DNA of 40,950 bases. Origin: a virus. Lineage: Duplodnaviria; Caudoviricetes. The translations under genes and the position numbers were made by a program. Every line of letters starts with the position of its first letter. Within the stretch, counting starts at the first letter, position 1. The stretch covers positions 1 through 40,950 of the IMG/VR virus record IMGVR_UViG_3300027571_000667, one strand, 5' to 3'. The notes beneath the pieces are model-generated. The model was not told where the DNA came from. It saw nothing but the letters and a program-made list of their open reading frames with translations, and made no database searches. Below, piece by piece: positions 16,647 to 25,449 of the stretch.

Positions 16647-17172
16647 TAAGGAACTCTCGCCAATCCAGGTCATATTGGATTGAATTAATTTTGTGTACAC
16701 CTATCAAGTATAACACATATGATGCTACAGAGCTACCTCTACCTACGCCCCATACAATGTTGTGTTCACGCATGTAGTCTACAAGATAGATCATATAACG
16801 TAGTAAATCTTTCATGCCGCGTTCTCTAAAAGCATCTAATTCTTCCCATATACGATCTTGTACGTGTTGTGGGCAGGGTGTTTCTGCTTTGCCTAGTACA
16901 TATTCATATACATTAATGTCTTTGTATTCATCAGGCATAAACCATTCACTTTGACATACACCGTCAAACGTCTTTTCGTCTACATCTAATGGAATATACT
17001 TTTGTAGTTTGTTAATACCTTGTTCTTCACATACATTATTAAACTGATCTACATCATCGTTTTTGTCGCAAAGAACTACATGAACTTTATCTGCGTTACC
17101 AGAATATATCATGTCAATTAAGTCTCGATTAGAGAATCGTGGAATACCTAAGTTATCTGTTTTCATTAGCAT
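16642..17172 (-). CDS. Stand-alone fragment of DNA polymerase III alpha (DnaE palm-proximal region)
   Basis: RIWEEL..., WGVGRGSSVASYVLYLIGVHKINSIQYDLDWREFLR corresponds to DnaE GPGRGSAAGSLVAYxLGITxxDPxxYxLLFERFL; ends before PDxD. Confidence 0.82.
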   Translation of the reverse strand: MLMKTDNLGIPRFSNRDLIDMIYSGNADKVHVVLCDKNDDVDQFNNVCEEQGINKLQKYIPLDVDEKTFDGVCQSEWFMPDEYKDINVYEYVLGKAETPCPQHVQDRIWEELDAFRERGMKDLLRYMIYLVDYMREHNIVWGVGRGSSVASYVLYLIGVHKINSIQYDLDWREFLR

Positions 17173-17181
17173 ACAGTTATT

Positions 17182-17415
17182 TTAACTGATATTGATTAAA
17201 TTGTCAAGTCCTTTTTCCGAATCATCATTAGTTTTTTGCATTGCCTTTGCACTACGCACATGCATTTCTTCTGCATACATATTCATGATAACTGAAATTT
17301 GTTCTTGGACGGAAGGGTTTCTTGTTTGCCAGTATTTTCTTTTTAAATCAAATAGTTTTTCTTCTACTTCTGAATCTTTCAATAAAGAGAAGTCATCAAC
17401 CAAAGGGTTAAACAT
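17182..17415 (-). CDS. Hypothetical protein (77 aa, helical)
   Basis: ORF track; TAATG coupling. Confidence 0.7.
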   Translation of the reverse strand: MFNPLVDDFSLLKDSEVEEKLFDLKRKYWQTRNPSVQEQISVIMNMYAEEMHVRSAKAMQKTNDDSEKGLDNLINIS

Positions 17416-18011
17416 TAACTAAATGTTCCTATGACTTTAGCATAGATGTTTGTTCCGCCATCGTGTGTCCAAAATTCATAAATTTCTTTATTACTTGTTA
17501 CTGTTGCTACTACACCAGTTGCTGTTGTTGATGCCCAAGAGTCAGTAGATATTTTCTTAAACTGTGCTGTATTTTCACCATTAAATGTAATAGCTCTACT
17601 AGTACCGCCATCACTTGAAATTTCAACAACCATTCTAGCATACCCTGCATCTGGCCAATCTGCAAGAGTAAGTGTTAGGTCGCCTGTTACTACACCTGTT
17701 TGATATACACCATTCAAGTAACTTATGTTCTGTAATGTGTTAATAGTACCGTTAGCACTTACGCCTTCGGCACAATCTTTTAGTAATGCATTAGTAATTT
17801 CGTTTCCGCCGAAATCGTTATCAAGTCCATCTTGACTTATAAGTGCATTTTTTAAGATTGCATTATTTTGCAACTCTGTAAGTTCTGCTTTCGCCGCTAC
17901 AAAGTTTGATTTAATTATGTTAAAGTTATCTCTAAACCCTTGACTATCATTATCGATACCCGCTACTGGATATGTGTCGTCAATTGTTGTGTCTACTATA
18001 TTACTGGCCAT
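17415..18011 (-). CDS. Virion structural protein (baseplate/tail associated)
   Basis: YPVAGIDNDSQGFRDNF N-terminus, coiled coil, beta-rich C-terminus; AGGAGA SD; late motif. Confidence 0.7.
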   Translation of the reverse strand: MASNIVDTTIDDTYPVAGIDNDSQGFRDNFNIIKSNFVAAKAELTELQNNAILKNALISQDGLDNDFGGNEITNALLKDCAEGVSANGTINTLQNISYLNGVYQTGVVTGDLTLTLADWPDAGYARMVVEISSDGGTSRAITFNGENTAQFKKISTDSWASTTATGVVATVTSNKEIYEFWTHDGGTNIYAKVIGTFS

Positions 18012-18029
18012 TGTTTTCTCCTGGTATAT

Positions 18030-18037
18030 TATTTATC
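18030..18037 (-). promoter_or_regulatory. Putative late promoter GATAAATA
   Basis: Exact motif, intergenic. Confidence 0.6.
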
Positions 18038-18042
18038 TAGTA

Positions 18043-21000
18043 TTATACATTAAAAATATAATTTGGAAAGACTATATATCTTTCATCTTGTATTCCTGTT
18101 GCACTATCAACAACATATCTGTCTACATCAAAGTTTATTCTTTTAAAATCAAACTCTCCGTTTGTAAGTGCGTTTTTCACATTTTGTTGAACCTTTTTAG
18201 ATTCACCTTCTTTACAGTATGCTAACGGAATTGCTGTTACATAGTCAATTTCGCTTATACTTCCGTCTTGTCCTGTACGCATCCAAAGTGGCAAATACTC
18301 TCTTTGACTTTTACCAATGCTTTCCAACTGTTCTCTCATATTAGTTGTGTTACTAATATACATGTGTAGTTCATTTGCGTTGTTAATAGTTACCGCATTA
18401 CTATCTGATTTTACAGTGTTTTGATTTTGGTTTCTATATCTGTTTCTTAGTGGTTCACTGTCACTTATATCTACATCGATATAAATTTCTGATCCGTCAC
18501 GTAAGGTTACATCTATATCTGCGTTATCAATATTTTGTATTGTTTCGCCTTGGCGTGTTCCTACTGTAAATCCTTGGCCTTGATCGAGTACTACTTCCAT
18601 ATCTCTAAAACGTCCGTCAACAGTAGCAATATCAAACCCACTGTCCTGTGCTGTTACATCGTCCATTACTTCTAATGATACAGAATCTGCTGTAAGATTA
18701 GGCTGTGGTATATTTGCAAAGCTATTTGCAACTTTTCCTTTTTTACTTTCACGAGGGTCAATTACTTCTAGGTATACTATTTCATATACAACATCGTTTG
18801 ATCCAGGATCTTTAGCAACGGCTGTTTTTACATCGCCAATTTTATAATTTCTACGTTTATGATTCTTTGCTGTAGCAGCTACATACTCGTCTATATTTTT
18901 AGTTTCAATTCCTGCATATGCTAACATATTAACTCTAGTTTGTATACCGTAGTTAGGATCGCTTGCTCTGTATATTGAAGTAGTTGGAAATATATCCGGA
19001 TTGCTTACAAAGCGTTTAAATTCTTTTCTTATAACAGGTTCAAGCATAGGTCTAATATACAAATTACTGTATAATGTATCGTCTTGATCAATTATATCAA
19101 TAGTGAAATCTCTTTCAATTGCACTATAACCAAATCTATCTTCTGCTTTAATTTTTATAGTATATTTTCTATCAATTGAAGTTGTACTAGCATCTAGACT
19201 AAAGTCAGCATTATCAAATGTAGTTAATCCTAAACTTTGCAAAGTACCAAACTGTGTAACTTTGCCTATTATTTCGCCTGTGTAAGCTAATCTAAGCCCG
19301 TTTGGCAAGCTCCCAGACACAATGGTATATATTAGTCTAGTATCTGGAACATTAGTTGTAGCAGTTACACGTTTTGTACTATTAAAGTTTGCTGTAATAC
19401 TTCCTAAGTCTGCAGGAGTAATCCAATTTAACTCACTGTCAACTTCGCCTAATATTCTTATTGTAAATGTCTTAGGCTTGCTTGGATTGTTTACATCTGC
19501 ATTAGCATATGTAATTAATTCTTTTTCAAAAAATCCATCGCCGTATAATGCTAGGCTTACTGTTTGACCAGTTACAAAACTTCTACCAGGTTCTAACGGT
19601 TTATTAAAATATACTAGATCTTTGTTATTATCAAGTAATGTAAATTTTACATCAGCGCCTGTGAATATCTGTTTCATTCTTGATTCTTTTGTAAGAGCAT
19701 TATCAGGTGCCCAAAAAGTTATACTGCCTGCTGTAGCGCCAGCATCAACAAACACAGGTAATTCATTACCCTCAAATATTCTAATAACAGATTGTGATAA
19801 CGTTTCACTTGCACCAAATGCTAGTGGTGTTGTACCGCCTGCTTCAAAGTTTAATACAATACTTGCTGTATCACTATCAACTTGCCATTTCTTATAACCG
19901 TACACACTTTGTATTGTGTATGTTTCCGGAGTAGCACTTTGATTGTCGTAAACAAGTTTCTTATCTTTCCACTGACTTCTTTCAAACTCATTTAACTTTT
20001 CTACAAAAATAGATTGTGCGTTTGCTACACTATCTAGTGCAAGTGTAAAACTTAAAAACGGTCTTAAACTTTCTGTTAATGTAATTTCATCAAATTCTTC
20101 ATCTGAGCCGTCGACTGATTCTACAGTATATGGTCTGCCATTAAGTACTATAACTTGATTTTGTAAATCGTTTAAATCATCAATGCCGTCATTAAGTGTT
20201 ATACCGTCTTGTACATTTAGAGGAAGTTTGTATACTTTAAATGTACGTTTACCAGATAATGTGTCTTCGTAGAATGTTCCTGTAATAACAGCATAATCCA
20301 AGTCGTTTGTATAACGTGTTGCTCTTACTGTAAATTTGTAATCTTTAAAACTTTGAGGTTGATAAGGTATTGTACCTGTTAGCTCGCCACTTAATGTATC
20401 TAGTTTTAATCCTGGTGGTAAAATACTTTCTGAGTTGTCGTTATTAAGTTCGTCTAAACTATATAAAAGATTTCCCTGTAATGTATCCGAGTTATAAACA
20501 TCAAGATATACTGTAGTGTTGTTATTTGATTTTTTATATCCAAGGTTTCCGGGTGTAAGCCATTTAGGATCGCGTATATTAGTATTGTCGGCTTTAAACA
20601 CACCGTTCGAAACCTTCATAATACTGTTGTCTGCTCTTAGATAGTCGTCTCCTACAACATAAATTTTGAATGTTCTTTTTGGTGGTGTGCTAGTTACTCC
20701 GTCATTAATTGTAACTTTAAATTCGTAGTACCTATTTAACTTTTTAGGTATTTGCGGGTCTGATTGTGTGTCGTAACGTACATTGTCGTAAAAGTAACTG
20801 TCAAAGCCTCTGTCTGCTTTTATTGAAAAGTCACTTGGGTATGCATCGTATGGACTAGTATCAAATCCGCCTTTTTCCGCTTCTCTATCTAATGCAAGTA
20901 AAGGTTCTATAACACCTTGTATTTTTCCTGTACTTGTAAGAGTTAGTCCTGGCGGTAGGGTGCCCTCCCCTGGAACTATATAATATTCTATTGTTTGCCC

Positions 21001-21399
21001 TGTTGATGTATCTGCATCTATGGCTAAAAATTGGTAATCAATAATTTGATTATCTAATACAAATAGAGTTTCGTTTTGGCCCATGGGTAACAATCCTGGC
21101 TGTGTTATCCATATAGGCTCGTCTGGGCCTGTAACTTCTATTGTGTAAGTTCTATCTTCTGTAACATCGCCTAATTTTGCACGTAATACAAATTTAAATA
21201 TTTTTACAATTTCAACCTCAAACGCTGTGCCTTTAATTTCAACACCGTCCAGTCTTAGACCACGTGGTAATTTTCCTGCTAACAATGTAACAGTCGCACT
21301 AGAGTCCACAGGTAATATAAAATCTCCTGTTTCTAATTTAACTCTTTCTACAAGTGTTCTTAGTTTGTAGTTGTTTGGTTGTGTCCAGATACTTGCCAT
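18043..21399 (-). CDS. Baseplate wedge-like protein with putative Ig-like (He_PIG) repeats
   Basis: Repeated LPxGLxL...GxIxG (LPRGLRL, LPPGLTL, LPPGLKL, LPNGLRL) and WITxxG.L motifs; structural context. Confidence 0.75.
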   Translation of the reverse strand: MASIWTQPNNYKLRTLVERVKLETGDFILPVDSSATVTLLAGKLPRGLRLDGVEIKGTAFEVEIVKIFKFVLRAKLGDVTEDRTYTIEVTGPDEPIWITQPGLLPMGQNETLFVLDNQIIDYQFLAIDADTSTGQTIEYYIVPGEGTLPPGLTLTSTGKIQGVIEPLLALDREAEKGGFDTSPYDAYPSDFSIKADRGFDSYFYDNVRYDTQSDPQIPKKLNRYYEFKVTINDGVTSTPPKRTFKIYVVGDDYLRADNSIMKVSNGVFKADNTNIRDPKWLTPGNLGYKKSNNNTTVYLDVYNSDTLQGNLLYSLDELNNDNSESILPPGLKLDTLSGELTGTIPYQPQSFKDYKFTVRATRYTNDLDYAVITGTFYEDTLSGKRTFKVYKLPLNVQDGITLNDGIDDLNDLQNQVIVLNGRPYTVESVDGSDEEFDEITLTESLRPFLSFTLALDSVANAQSIFVEKLNEFERSQWKDKKLVYDNQSATPETYTIQSVYGYKKWQVDSDTASIVLNFEAGGTTPLAFGASETLSQSVIRIFEGNELPVFVDAGATAGSITFWAPDNALTKESRMKQIFTGADVKFTLLDNNKDLVYFNKPLEPGRSFVTGQTVSLALYGDGFFEKELITYANADVNNPSKPKTFTIRILGEVDSELNWITPADLGSITANFNSTKRVTATTNVPDTRLIYTIVSGSLPNGLRLAYTGEIIGKVTQFGTLQSLGLTTFDNADFSLDASTTSIDRKYTIKIKAEDRFGYSAIERDFTIDIIDQDDTLYSNLYIRPMLEPVIRKEFKRFVSNPDIFPTTSIYRASDPNYGIQTRVNMLAYAGIETKNIDEYVAATAKNHKRRNYKIGDVKTAVAKDPGSNDVVYEIVYLEVIDPRESKKGKVANSFANIPQPNLTADSVSLEVMDDVTAQDSGFDIATVDGRFRDMEVVLDQGQGFTVGTRQGETIQNIDNADIDVTLRDGSEIYIDVDISDSEPLRNRYRNQNQNTVKSDSNAVTINNANELHMYISNTTNMREQLESIGKSQREYLPLWMRTGQDGSISEIDYVTAIPLAYCKEGESKKVQQNVKNALTNGEFDFKRINFDVDRYVVDSATGIQDERYIVFPNYIFNV

Positions 21400-21423
21400 A
21401 TAATAAATCCTTTCAGCGCAACT

Positions 21424-22113
21424 TTACAATGTAGGTAATAGCCCGTCATCCGTATTTAATGTAGTTGGCCCAGTTAGAGTACCGTAATCGGCATCGACTA
21501 AACTTTTAAAGAAGTCAACAAAGTTATTGTTATTCTCTATAATTTCACCAAAGTCTAAATTAACATATAAATCATTTAGTGTACGAATGTCTACTCCCCA
21601 TACATTACTAAGTATGTTATTACTTTGTATTACACCTGCGTTAAGAATTGCAAAGTTATTAGCCTGAAGATTTGCTGTAAGTGTAGGAGCTGTGTCACTT
21701 GCTAACGTTGCGTTACCTGCAATAGTAACAGTGCCAGAAGCATCATCTGCTGTAGTTGTTATTCCGCCTGAGCCGTTTATTCTCAACGTGCCTCTTGCTG
21801 GAATAGTTGCTGTTCCTGTATCAGCAACTATAGGTGTAGCTGCAAGCCCTGCATCAACTGTTAAAACAATTTCATCAGGGTTATTAGTAACAACAACATC
21901 GTTACTGCCTACAAGTGTTTTATACTCTAAGTTATAACCAGTGCGTTGTTTAAATACACCTGCACCTGTTCCTAGGTTTAACCCTTCGGTTTTATCATCA
22001 ATACGTAAATCAAGGTCCTCTAAACTTTGATTAATTTTGATAAATGCTTCACGCAGGTCATCTCCTGTCCCGTCATTTGCAATTCTACCTATGTTTACTA
22101 GTTGTACAGCCAT
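21424..22113 (-). CDS. Baseplate/tail protein with gp9/gp10-like N-terminus
   Basis: VNIGRIANDGTGDDLREAFIKIN motif. Confidence 0.8.
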   Translation of the reverse strand: MAVQLVNIGRIANDGTGDDLREAFIKINQSLEDLDLRIDDKTEGLNLGTGAGVFKQRTGYNLEYKTLVGSNDVVVTNNPDEIVLTVDAGLAATPIVADTGTATIPARGTLRINGSGGITTTADDASGTVTIAGNATLASDTAPTLTANLQANNFAILNAGVIQSNNILSNVWGVDIRTLNDLYVNLDFGEIIENNNNFVDFFKSLVDADYGTLTGPTTLNTDDGLLPTL

Positions 22114-22137
22114 TGTTTGTTTCCTATTGTATATATG

Positions 22138-22159
22138 TATTTATCAAAGCTGATAAATA
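22138..22159. promoter_or_regulatory. Back-to-back divergent late promoters (TATTTATCA-AAGC-TGATAAATA)
   Basis: Perfect 9-bp inverted repeat made of two GATAAATA motifs, each followed by an AGGA SD and ATG. Confidence 0.7.
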
Positions 22160-22178
22160 TGTATACAAGGAGTAATAT

Positions 22179-24449
22179 ATGCCAAGACCATCATTTAAGA
22201 ACATCGGACTACGTAGAGATTTAAATTTGTCTGATTTGCAAAGCAAAGACCAGGCACTTAATAATGTTTTAAATAACCTAGTAGTTGGGTCTGATAACAA
22301 GTCGTTTAGTGGTGGAGATTTAGATGCTATTAAAGGCATAAGCAACAGTACAGTAATTAACAGAGATATTGGTCTTATGGCAGGTCTTGCTGTTAAGAAT
22401 ACTGTATTAGAAGATGGTGAGCTTGTAGACAGGGTTGCAACTCCTATAATTACAGTAAAAAACCAATTAGATACTATTATTGCAACTACTAATGATCCAC
22501 CGTTCTTTAACGGAGGCGACGGGTTAATTGCAACATTTTATGATGTTGATCAAATTGCTACTAACTTATCAAAGAACACAACAGGCATAACACTTATTGC
22601 ATCAGGTGAAGCGCCACAAGTAACTAAGCCTTTTTGGAACAATGGTGTATTTGAATTTAGTAATAAACTAGATGATACACTAGGCGGAGCAAATGGCCTT
22701 ATTCAATGGCAGGGGTTTTATGTTCCAGATTCTAGTGGCCCTAGCACATTTAGTTTTGAAACTACTGGTCTTGTTATGTTTGAAGTAGCAGACGAATTTG
22801 GTGACCTACAAGTTGTACAGAATACATTTGCTGAAGAACGCCCGATAGAACATAAGAGTGCAATGGTTAATGAACTTAGTGTAACTGTAGACGCTATTGA
22901 TGCTAGGACAGTAATCATAGGCGACCAAGTTACTGCAGCTGAAGATGCTTTTGGTAATGCAATACTTGCTAGTGAAATTAGTGCAGGCTTATTTGTTGAT
23001 GGAGTAGGTAAAACTTCTATTACATTAAATCAAAGTATAACTGTGCCTGATGAAGCGATACTTACATATAGTATTGCTAATAAAATTGGTAGTGATGCAT
23101 TTAGATTTTCACACACAGAACCAACATTAGAAAAGTATGTTCCGCTTGAAATAAGATTGTCATACTGGTATTCCGAGGAAGATACTAATTACTTTAACAA
23201 ATACATAGATGCTAATTTAACTACAAATATTAAAGACAGTGGCAATTGGCCATATTGGTATTTGTACCAAACAGAACCTGCTGAATTTGATGAAGACAGT
23301 TTTAAAGGATTTTATGATAATCGACTGTTAACTGGTGGCGGAGAAATTGGACCACTTGATGTTAACTTTAGTACTCAGTATGCAAAATGGTTAAGCATAT
23401 CTCCTTTAACAGTTACATATGCTCCACCTTTAAGATTTGCCAATGCGTTACGTGCTGAATACACATATAATCTAGTACAAGATAGTAATATCTGTAGTAC
23501 AACAGCAACAAGTCCGTATACTGATAATATTGAAATTGGTAATAAAATTATTACTCCGGCGTTTATAAACGGGGCCGAAGTTACAGATATTTCACGTAAT
23601 AATATTGTTATCATAAATGACACAGCAAGTGGTGATGCTACTATTGCTGTAAAGTTTTTAGATCATAGAGGGTTTTTAGGTACACAAGCAGCTACGTCTA
23701 GCGGCAATGATGTAACAATCGATACTACTGACGGACTTAAAGTAGGAACAGTTGTTGTTTGTGAAAACAACCCAGCTGGCACAGATTACATACGTGTAAC
23801 AAGTATATCAAGTATTAGAACTTTTACAACTAATATTGCATTAAATTTAACAGGATTAGAGGAAGTATTCTTCTATAGCGATAAAGGGTTAAACAATAAT
23901 AGTTTAAACAATTTTTGTATTGGAACATTAGGTAGAGAAATTGCTACAACAGCATCTCCAGGAGATACACAGTTAGTTCTTAATGATGTTACCGGCTTTG
24001 GTCTTAATAATGTTATACAAAGTAGTCCTTACTTAGCTGATATTGATCCAGACGATACTAGCACACTTACTAGAATCATTGCTATTGATGCTAATACAAA
24101 CACTATTACAATTAACAAGCCTGTAGAAGCAGGTGATGATATGGTTGCTGGTACTACTGTTGTTATTTGTCCTACTGATACTACGCAAAATAAAGAAGCA
24201 TGTGTTATACCACTTAATACAGCACCACCGTTTGTGGGCACCTTAGAAGGTCTTAGAACAACGGACGGCTTAGGTGCTACTGTTGGACTTCAAATGACTA
24301 ACGCTAACAGCATACTTAAAGTTAGAGACTTTGTTGCAGAAAATGCAACAGCAACAGAGCTTAGTTTAGGGGACGCATTAGCGTATGATAGGACAATACC
24401 TATTACGTTTAATGGAACAGTGTATAGGGCACTAGCATCAACTAGTTAA
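22179..24449 (+). CDS. Putative virion appendage protein with PA14-like domain (756 aa)
   Basis: N-terminal GLRRDLNLSDL..ALNN motif; GDGLIATFY...WQGFYVPDSSGPSTFSF PA14-like pattern; beta repeats. Confidence 0.65.
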   Translation: MPRPSFKNIGLRRDLNLSDLQSKDQALNNVLNNLVVGSDNKSFSGGDLDAIKGISNSTVINRDIGLMAGLAVKNTVLEDGELVDRVATPIITVKNQLDTIIATTNDPPFFNGGDGLIATFYDVDQIATNLSKNTTGITLIASGEAPQVTKPFWNNGVFEFSNKLDDTLGGANGLIQWQGFYVPDSSGPSTFSFETTGLVMFEVADEFGDLQVVQNTFAEERPIEHKSAMVNELSVTVDAIDARTVIIGDQVTAAEDAFGNAILASEISAGLFVDGVGKTSITLNQSITVPDEAILTYSIANKIGSDAFRFSHTEPTLEKYVPLEIRLSYWYSEEDTNYFNKYIDANLTTNIKDSGNWPYWYLYQTEPAEFDEDSFKGFYDNRLLTGGGEIGPLDVNFSTQYAKWLSISPLTVTYAPPLRFANALRAEYTYNLVQDSNICSTTATSPYTDNIEIGNKIITPAFINGAEVTDISRNNIVIINDTASGDATIAVKFLDHRGFLGTQAATSSGNDVTIDTTDGLKVGTVVVCENNPAGTDYIRVTSISSIRTFTTNIALNLTGLEEVFFYSDKGLNNNSLNNFCIGTLGREIATTASPGDTQLVLNDVTGFGLNNVIQSSPYLADIDPDDTSTLTRIIAIDANTNTITINKPVEAGDDMVAGTTVVICPTDTTQNKEACVIPLNTAPPFVGTLEGLRTTDGLGATVGLQMTNANSILKVRDFVAENATATELSLGDALAYDRTIPITFNGTVYRALASTS

Positions 24450-25448
24450 GCATAAGAAGTAATCAATACCGTCTATTTTTACTTTTGCCTTGTGAGTGAA
24501 TGTAACATTGTTTACATTTCCACTTTCATTAATTGGCGCTACGCCATTAATAAGTATTCCGTTATTTAATTTTAAATCACCAGTTTGTGCTGTTATAGCA
24601 CCCGTAGACAATTGAGTGTTTACACCTGTACCTGTTACTTCCCAAGGATTTGATGTATCACTAAATGCTCTTATACGTTGAATGTTTGAAAGTGGACTTG
24701 CTGGGTTTGTAATATATAAGCCTGGACTATTAGAGTTTACACCCTCAGTAAGAATCATGTCTGAAGGATCTTCAATATTAAACATACCTTCCATTCTAAA
24801 GTCGTCATCTGTAGCAACATTTCTATCACTTACAAATTTCTTATCTGCTTGATATTTTGCAATATCTAAGTATTGATATATTGATAAGAACTGGTTAGCA
24901 TATGTATCTTCAGTATCAATGCCGGATGCATCTTCACCTTCAACTCCTGATGCTCCTTCACCAAGGCCACTACTAAAGCCTGCGGTATCTTCTACAGCGC
25001 CTAAGTATGTTAAGTTAGAAAGTACAACAGCATCTGACCTTACAACTTTAAAACCTGCTGCAGGGGGATCAAATGTATATTGACTGTCTCCCTCAAAGTC
25101 AGATGCAAAACCAAAAGTAGTTTCGCCGTCACTTTGTGTAATAAACAGATCACTTTGAAGTACACTATCATCCATGTAAGTTATTCTTACAGGATCACCG
25201 TTTGTGAATACAGCACTTCTTGAGGCATTTAATTCTGCCGTGTCGTTTACTATTGTAATAAGCCCTGTAATAAAATTATACTCAGCATCTGCAATAGTTA
25301 ACGAACTAACATTTTGATTATTATTAATAAACAAACTTATATCGTCAGCAATAGGTGCTGTGCCTAAGTTGTTAAGTGCTTGCCTATCCTGTGTGTTTTC
25401 TAATAGGTTCGCTGATTTTAGAAACCCTTGTACGCTTGATGTTGCCAT
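24438..25448 (-). CDS. Putative virion appendage protein (336 aa)
   Basis: N-terminal GFLKSANLLE..ALNNLG and C-terminal THKAKVKIDGIDY motifs shared with neighbours. Confidence 0.65.
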   Translation of the reverse strand: MATSSVQGFLKSANLLENTQDRQALNNLGTAPIADDISLFINNNQNVSSLTIADAEYNFITGLITIVNDTAELNASRSAVFTNGDPVRITYMDDSVLQSDLFITQSDGETTFGFASDFEGDSQYTFDPPAAGFKVVRSDAVVLSNLTYLGAVEDTAGFSSGLGEGASGVEGEDASGIDTEDTYANQFLSIYQYLDIAKYQADKKFVSDRNVATDDDFRMEGMFNIEDPSDMILTEGVNSNSPGLYITNPASPLSNIQRIRAFSDTSNPWEVTGTGVNTQLSTGAITAQTGDLKLNNGILINGVAPINESGNVNNVTFTHKAKVKIDGIDYFLCLTS

Positions 25449-25449
25449 A

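Noticed and set aside
16642-17172. Split intein or frameshift in the DnaE fragment
   Set aside because: No intein N-terminal block; adjacent sequence encodes unrelated ORFs with their own signals.
22138-24449. Actively invertible segment around the + strand gene
   Set aside because: The two junction palindromes do not match each other and no invertase is present in the window.
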